DNA of 64,000 nucleotides, taken from the NCBI GenBank assembly GCA_964252035.1, contig OZ176208.1, one strand, 5' to 3'. This DNA comes from Podarcis erhardii (taxonomy: Eukaryota). The notes beneath the pieces are model-generated. The model was not told the DNA's origin, ran no database searches, and saw only the letters and a list, made by a program, of their open reading frames with translations. Every line of letters starts with the position of its first letter. Position 1 is the first letter of the stretch. The position numbers and the translations under genes were made by a program. Of this stretch, positions 59,651 through 64,000 are shown piece after piece.

Positions 59651-62033
59651 CATACTTGACAAGCTTTCATGGGCACACAGGTATGATACTGTTCAGGCTT
59701 AGGTAACTGAAAGGTGCATAGTTGTGAATTTTCACAATCCTGCGCTGAAATTTGTTTAAATAATGTCTGCAGTTTGCCACACAGGTCAAACATGTAGTTT
59801 CCATTAAAAGAGGTGTACAGTTCACAGAATACAGCACTGGAATAGGCAGGCAGGCTCTAAATTTGTACAGATACAACATGTCTCTTGAAGGTAGTATTTC
59901 ATTTTTAAAATGGAGAAATTAACCTAGCCACTCCCATGTAAAACTAGCTCTGTCACCACAGCATTATGGCACATGAACTAAGCTGAAGGGCATACTCCAG
60001 CAAAAAAAAGCACAAAACCCTGCTACATTACAAGCAACACCCTTCCACGATGTTTTTATGCAAGTCACCAGTGAGAAAAATAAGAAAGACTTTTTGCCAT
60101 CAATTTTTTATCATGAAAATCTGACCTTTTTACACTTACAATGCATTCCTGGTATTCAAGCCCATGTATTCACACAACTTGGGAGAGAAAGGCAGGGAAA
60201 GAATGCTCATTTCTGCTACTACAGTAGCAAAAATCGAACAGACGACAAGAACTTTAAACATATATTTATGAACAATATAGAAAAGTGCCAGAGACAGAGG
60301 CTGCAGCTGTTTCTACCAGACACATGCATTCTCAGTTGGTTAATTTAATCTGTCATACAGTAATGCTTTCCTGTAGTGACTGCAGGTCAAAGCTCACTTG
60401 GCAGACCAAAAGGTGATTCTCTAAAAGTCTATTTTTATAAAGCCATAGAATTCTTTAAAAAATAAAAACAAGCACCACCACTAAACCATATTTTAAAGTT
60501 TTGGATCATTCATTTTTAGGCTTGTGTATACCATAATAATCTGTCCCGTATTCTTTTTAAAACACACATTAAAATATGTTTCCTTAGAATTAAAATCTAG
60601 AATAAGACTAATATGGGACCGTAGGTTTTTCTTCAGGGTTCGACTATGGAAAAACTGCATTTATGCATGTGTATTCACACGTGCAAGAGTATTTTTGAAA
60701 GCATTTTACAGTATTGTGGGAGCTGATAGCACTCATTTGAAGCAGTGGTCTTCAAATTTATTTTTAGCTGTAGCCAAAGAACAAACGTGGATACGTTTGT
60801 CACCCTCCCACCATCACTGTTTATTTCGACTGCAAATCTTTTCCCTTTAAACATATAAAAGAAAGCAAATGAGGAAACGCCCTACTCTGGACTCTTTGGT
60901 TCTTAATATCTAGGAAGCACCCTCCCCAACAATGGTTTTCTTATTGCATCTTTTCCTTTTGCTGCCATGCCCAGAACACTTCTGTCTCTAGATTTTAGTG
61001 GACACATGACACTGGTGGTAATGTGGCTAACATTTCTGAAGTCACAAGTGCCACAGGCAGTAGTTTATAGTGGGTAAGGCTTGAGCTTCCTTCTGCAGTG
61101 ATACCTACTAGGAAAAGCAGAAGTGGGATGTGAGGAAGTGTGGCAATTGCTTCTCCCACCATGTGCTATGGCTGTCAAAAGAAGACAGCTCAGATATACT
61201 AATCACAGAGCAACACAAAACCTATCTAGAAGAGCTCTCACACAGCTGCTGGGCTTTCTTCTGGCAAGCTGCAGCAAGTCGTCTGACTCACTAAGCTCTT
61301 ACTACTTCCTCACTGGATTGGAAGGCACAGCCCTGTAGACAAAAGCTCTCTGTTTGTTTGGGGGTTTTTCTTGTTCCCATATTCTGGTTTCTTATCCTCT
61401 TTTTCTCCTTCCTTCTTCACATTTTGTTCTGATAGCCCGACTTATGACAAGACTCCGCAGGTGCAAAGGCTTGATTCCATGACTACCTGGCTACTGTTGA
61501 GCTGCAATAAAAAATGTGTTAGGCTCATGTGGCAGCAGCCTGAGGTATGTGGAACTAGCAGAAGTCATTTTCAAATGCCCTAAGGTACCCACAGAGAGGT
61601 GGAGAAAACAAATGTTTACCAAGGTCACTGAAAGCAGCACGTTTAGATTTAAATTAGGAAATGCTGCTCAGCAGTTAAGCACAAAGGCTATACAGTCTCA
61701 CTTCACAAAGGTTAAGTGGCTCACTAAGTATGGACTAGGGACACTGAGGTCCCAGTCACAACTTGTCGATTTGGCAAGACATGCATAGCATTAGCCTTGA
61801 ACACCTTCCCCCACCATGTGCAAAACCTTCGAGGTCAATTATCTCAAGCCACAAAAGGAAAAAACTTAAGGATGATCAAAAATTAGTTGCAGAACAAGTG
61901 AAAATTACAAATAAATGGAAAATCTTTAAATGTTAAAAATCAGCTGGACCTAGTTCATTCTGTATATTCTATGCATGGCGTGGGAAGGTTCTATGAGCCC
62001 CCCATCCCCAAGTTTAAGTTCTATACCTTAGAA

Positions 62034-62279
62034 CATAGGTAGGCAAACTAAGGCCTGAGGGCCGGATCAGGCCCAATCACCTTCTAAATCTGGCCCACGG
62101 ATGGTCCGGGAATCAGCGTGTTTTTACATGACTAGAATGTGTGCTTTTATTTAAAATGCATCTCTGGGTTATTTGTGGGGCGTAGGAATTCGTTCTTTTT
62201 TTCAAAATATAGTCTGGCCCCCCACAAGGTCTGAGGAACAGTGGTCTGGCCCCCTGCTGAAAAAGTATGCTGACCCCTG
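62034..62279 (+). mobile_element. hAT/Charlie-like MITE
   Basis: Imperfect TIRs CATAGGTAGGCAAACT and AGTATGCTGACCCCTG, with internal GGCCC motifs; TSD not conserved. Confidence 0.7.
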
Positions 62280-62282
62280 GAG

Positions 62283-62417
62283 CAACCTCCCCTATTTGGT
62301 AACACTCAAATTGTTTGACCTAAATTCCCATCTTCCATAACCAATTGGCCATGCTGGCTGAGGCTGATAAGATTTGTAGTTCAATATATCTGCAGAGCAC
62401 AAGGTTGTGAAAAGCTG
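62283..62417. mobile_element. Second small hAT-like MITE abutting the previous one
   Basis: ttcccatc...ggccatgctggctgaggctgat...ttgtagttc...ggttgtgaaaagctg pattern, recalled as a common lizard MITE. Confidence 0.45.
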
Positions 62418-63080
62418 TCCTACTGTATGTAATGTCTGTACTCTGGAGCTGTGAAAACAGGCCCAAGTCTAGAATAGTAGTAAGCAACTGAGCAATACAA
62501 ACACACTTAACACAGGCTTGGAAAAATTAGGTAGCCTTAGGATACAATTTAAAAGACCTTACTATATACCCATTACTCTGTTATCAAACCTATGTTTTTC
62601 ATTAGAAATACATCAGAACTTACTAACAATGAAATCCCTATGGACACAGATGTCATGTCACTTGCATTTCAATTCCCAGAATTTACTCTTATCTAATGAC
62701 ATGATATCGGTGTCATGCAAACTTAGATGTCAGCAAAGTATGACGTAATGGAATTATTTATTAGAGACAAAGAATTAGTTCAGAAATAGTGACCATAATT
62801 CCATCATGGAGTTTGAAGGTGCCTGAAAGGGTAATCAAGTCCAATACTTGCTGATGCTGGAAATCTACTAGTACAGCATCCCTGATAAGTGTAGACAAAA
62901 GTGCTACTAGAAACCTAGCTAAATCAATTATCCAAGCAGTCTAATTTGTCAGCAAAATATATCAACATCCCCTCTGCTACCCAAAGCCTTGCTTCTCAAT
63001 CGTTTTGTGAGAAATTTTCATCTGGGGCAGTTATAAAACTGAACTGCAACTATATATTCCATGGGTTCCACTGCTGGTTG

Positions 63081-63443
63081 GTAAAATGGTAAAGGTTAAG
63101 TCAAATTTGACCAGGGGGTGCGGCGCTCACCTCTGCTTTCAGGCCAAGGAAGCTGGTGTTTGTCCACAGACAGCTTCCCAGGTCATGTGGCCAGCATGAC
63201 TAAACTACTTCTGGTACAACGGAACACTGTGACAGAAACCAGAGCACACAGAAACACAGTTTACCTTCCTACCGCAGTGGTACCTATTTACTTCCTCGCG
63301 CTGATATGCTTTCGAACTGCTAGGTTGGCATGAGCTGGAAAAGAGCAATGGGAGCCCACACCACTGCATGTATTTAAACTGCCAACCTTATCATAGGCAA
63401 GCCCAAGACGCTTGGTAGTTTAGATCACAGCGCCACCCACCCC
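63081..63443 (-). mobile_element. Sauria SINE, older copy
   Basis: Reverse complement shares ggtaccactgcggtaggaaggtaaac, catgctggccacatgacc and tgtggacaaacaccagc with the 24640 copy. Confidence 0.88.
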
Positions 63444-64000
63444 TGTGGGTTGACTATACACTGATGTCATTGTGGGCAAGTACTAAGTGTCAGGTACAAG
63501 ATCCAACATTGATGAAATTAGGGTGGTGGTTGGGCATCATTAGTGATGATGGCAGTGAACTTATGAACACCTTACTTTGTGGTCTCAAACACAAACAGGA
63601 GGTAGAAGATTCAGAATAGCATCAAGTGAAAACTTAATAAGGACATCCAGTAAGTGATGAAAACCACCCATTATACCTATTGCCACCCTTCCAATGTGTA
63701 ATGCACTGAATAAGTCATCTGCATTGCCATAAAGTACTGCCAACTTCTACAGCTATGACACCAATACATCACAATCTCAGTGAGATTAAATAGGGTACTA
63801 CCTCTCCCTATGAACGATGAACTATGAACAAAAAGTGCCTTCTCAGTACTATATCCAACCTGGAAGATGAACATGTTGACAAAAATATCCAGGGACAACT
63901 ATAGCAGCAGAATGACTCTCAGTAACTTTCTTTGTAACTAATCTTTTTGCAGGGCTGTAGTAGTAACAAGCAACAGTAACACTACTCAAATTGAGTAGTA

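Noticed and set aside
59650-64000. Upstream exons of the long RAPGEF2 isoform (first cNMP domain, ECTKAQ microexon)
   Set aside because: No matching coding sequence was seen; they are presumed to lie right of the window.

Overview
Vertebrate genomic DNA, almost certainly a squamate reptile and probably a lacertid lizard (inferred from Sauria-type and Squam3-like SINEs). The window is dominated by RAPGEF2 (PDZ-GEF1) on the minus strand. I traced 23 coding exons with GT-AG boundaries and consistent phases, from a short-isoform start exon (MKPLAIPANHGVMGQQEKHS, 58148-58207) to the PY-motif exon (1475-1780). Together they give 4450 nt (1483 codons + 1 nt). The terminal EDEQVSAV exon and the N-terminal exons of the long isoform were not found and probably lie outside the window. 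Introns carry SINEs, hAT- and Harbinger-like MITEs, L2/CR1 relics, microsatellites, a 20-bp minisatellite with a 246-bp tandem duplication, and one 141-N gap. Main leads: (1) a young 1.85-kb poly(A) retroelement with a perfect 15-bp TSD, a CpG-rich 5' end and one ORF1-like ORF but no ORF2; (2) a candidate 6-nt microexon (GGGTGG) beside the 24-nt RKKKWRSLG microexon; (3) a candidate extra first exon (MIFSSEPVQ) with a G-quadruplex motif, in phase with the common exon; (4) two almost perfect long intronic hairpins. All identifications are by eye and from recalled family knowledge; no searches were run.
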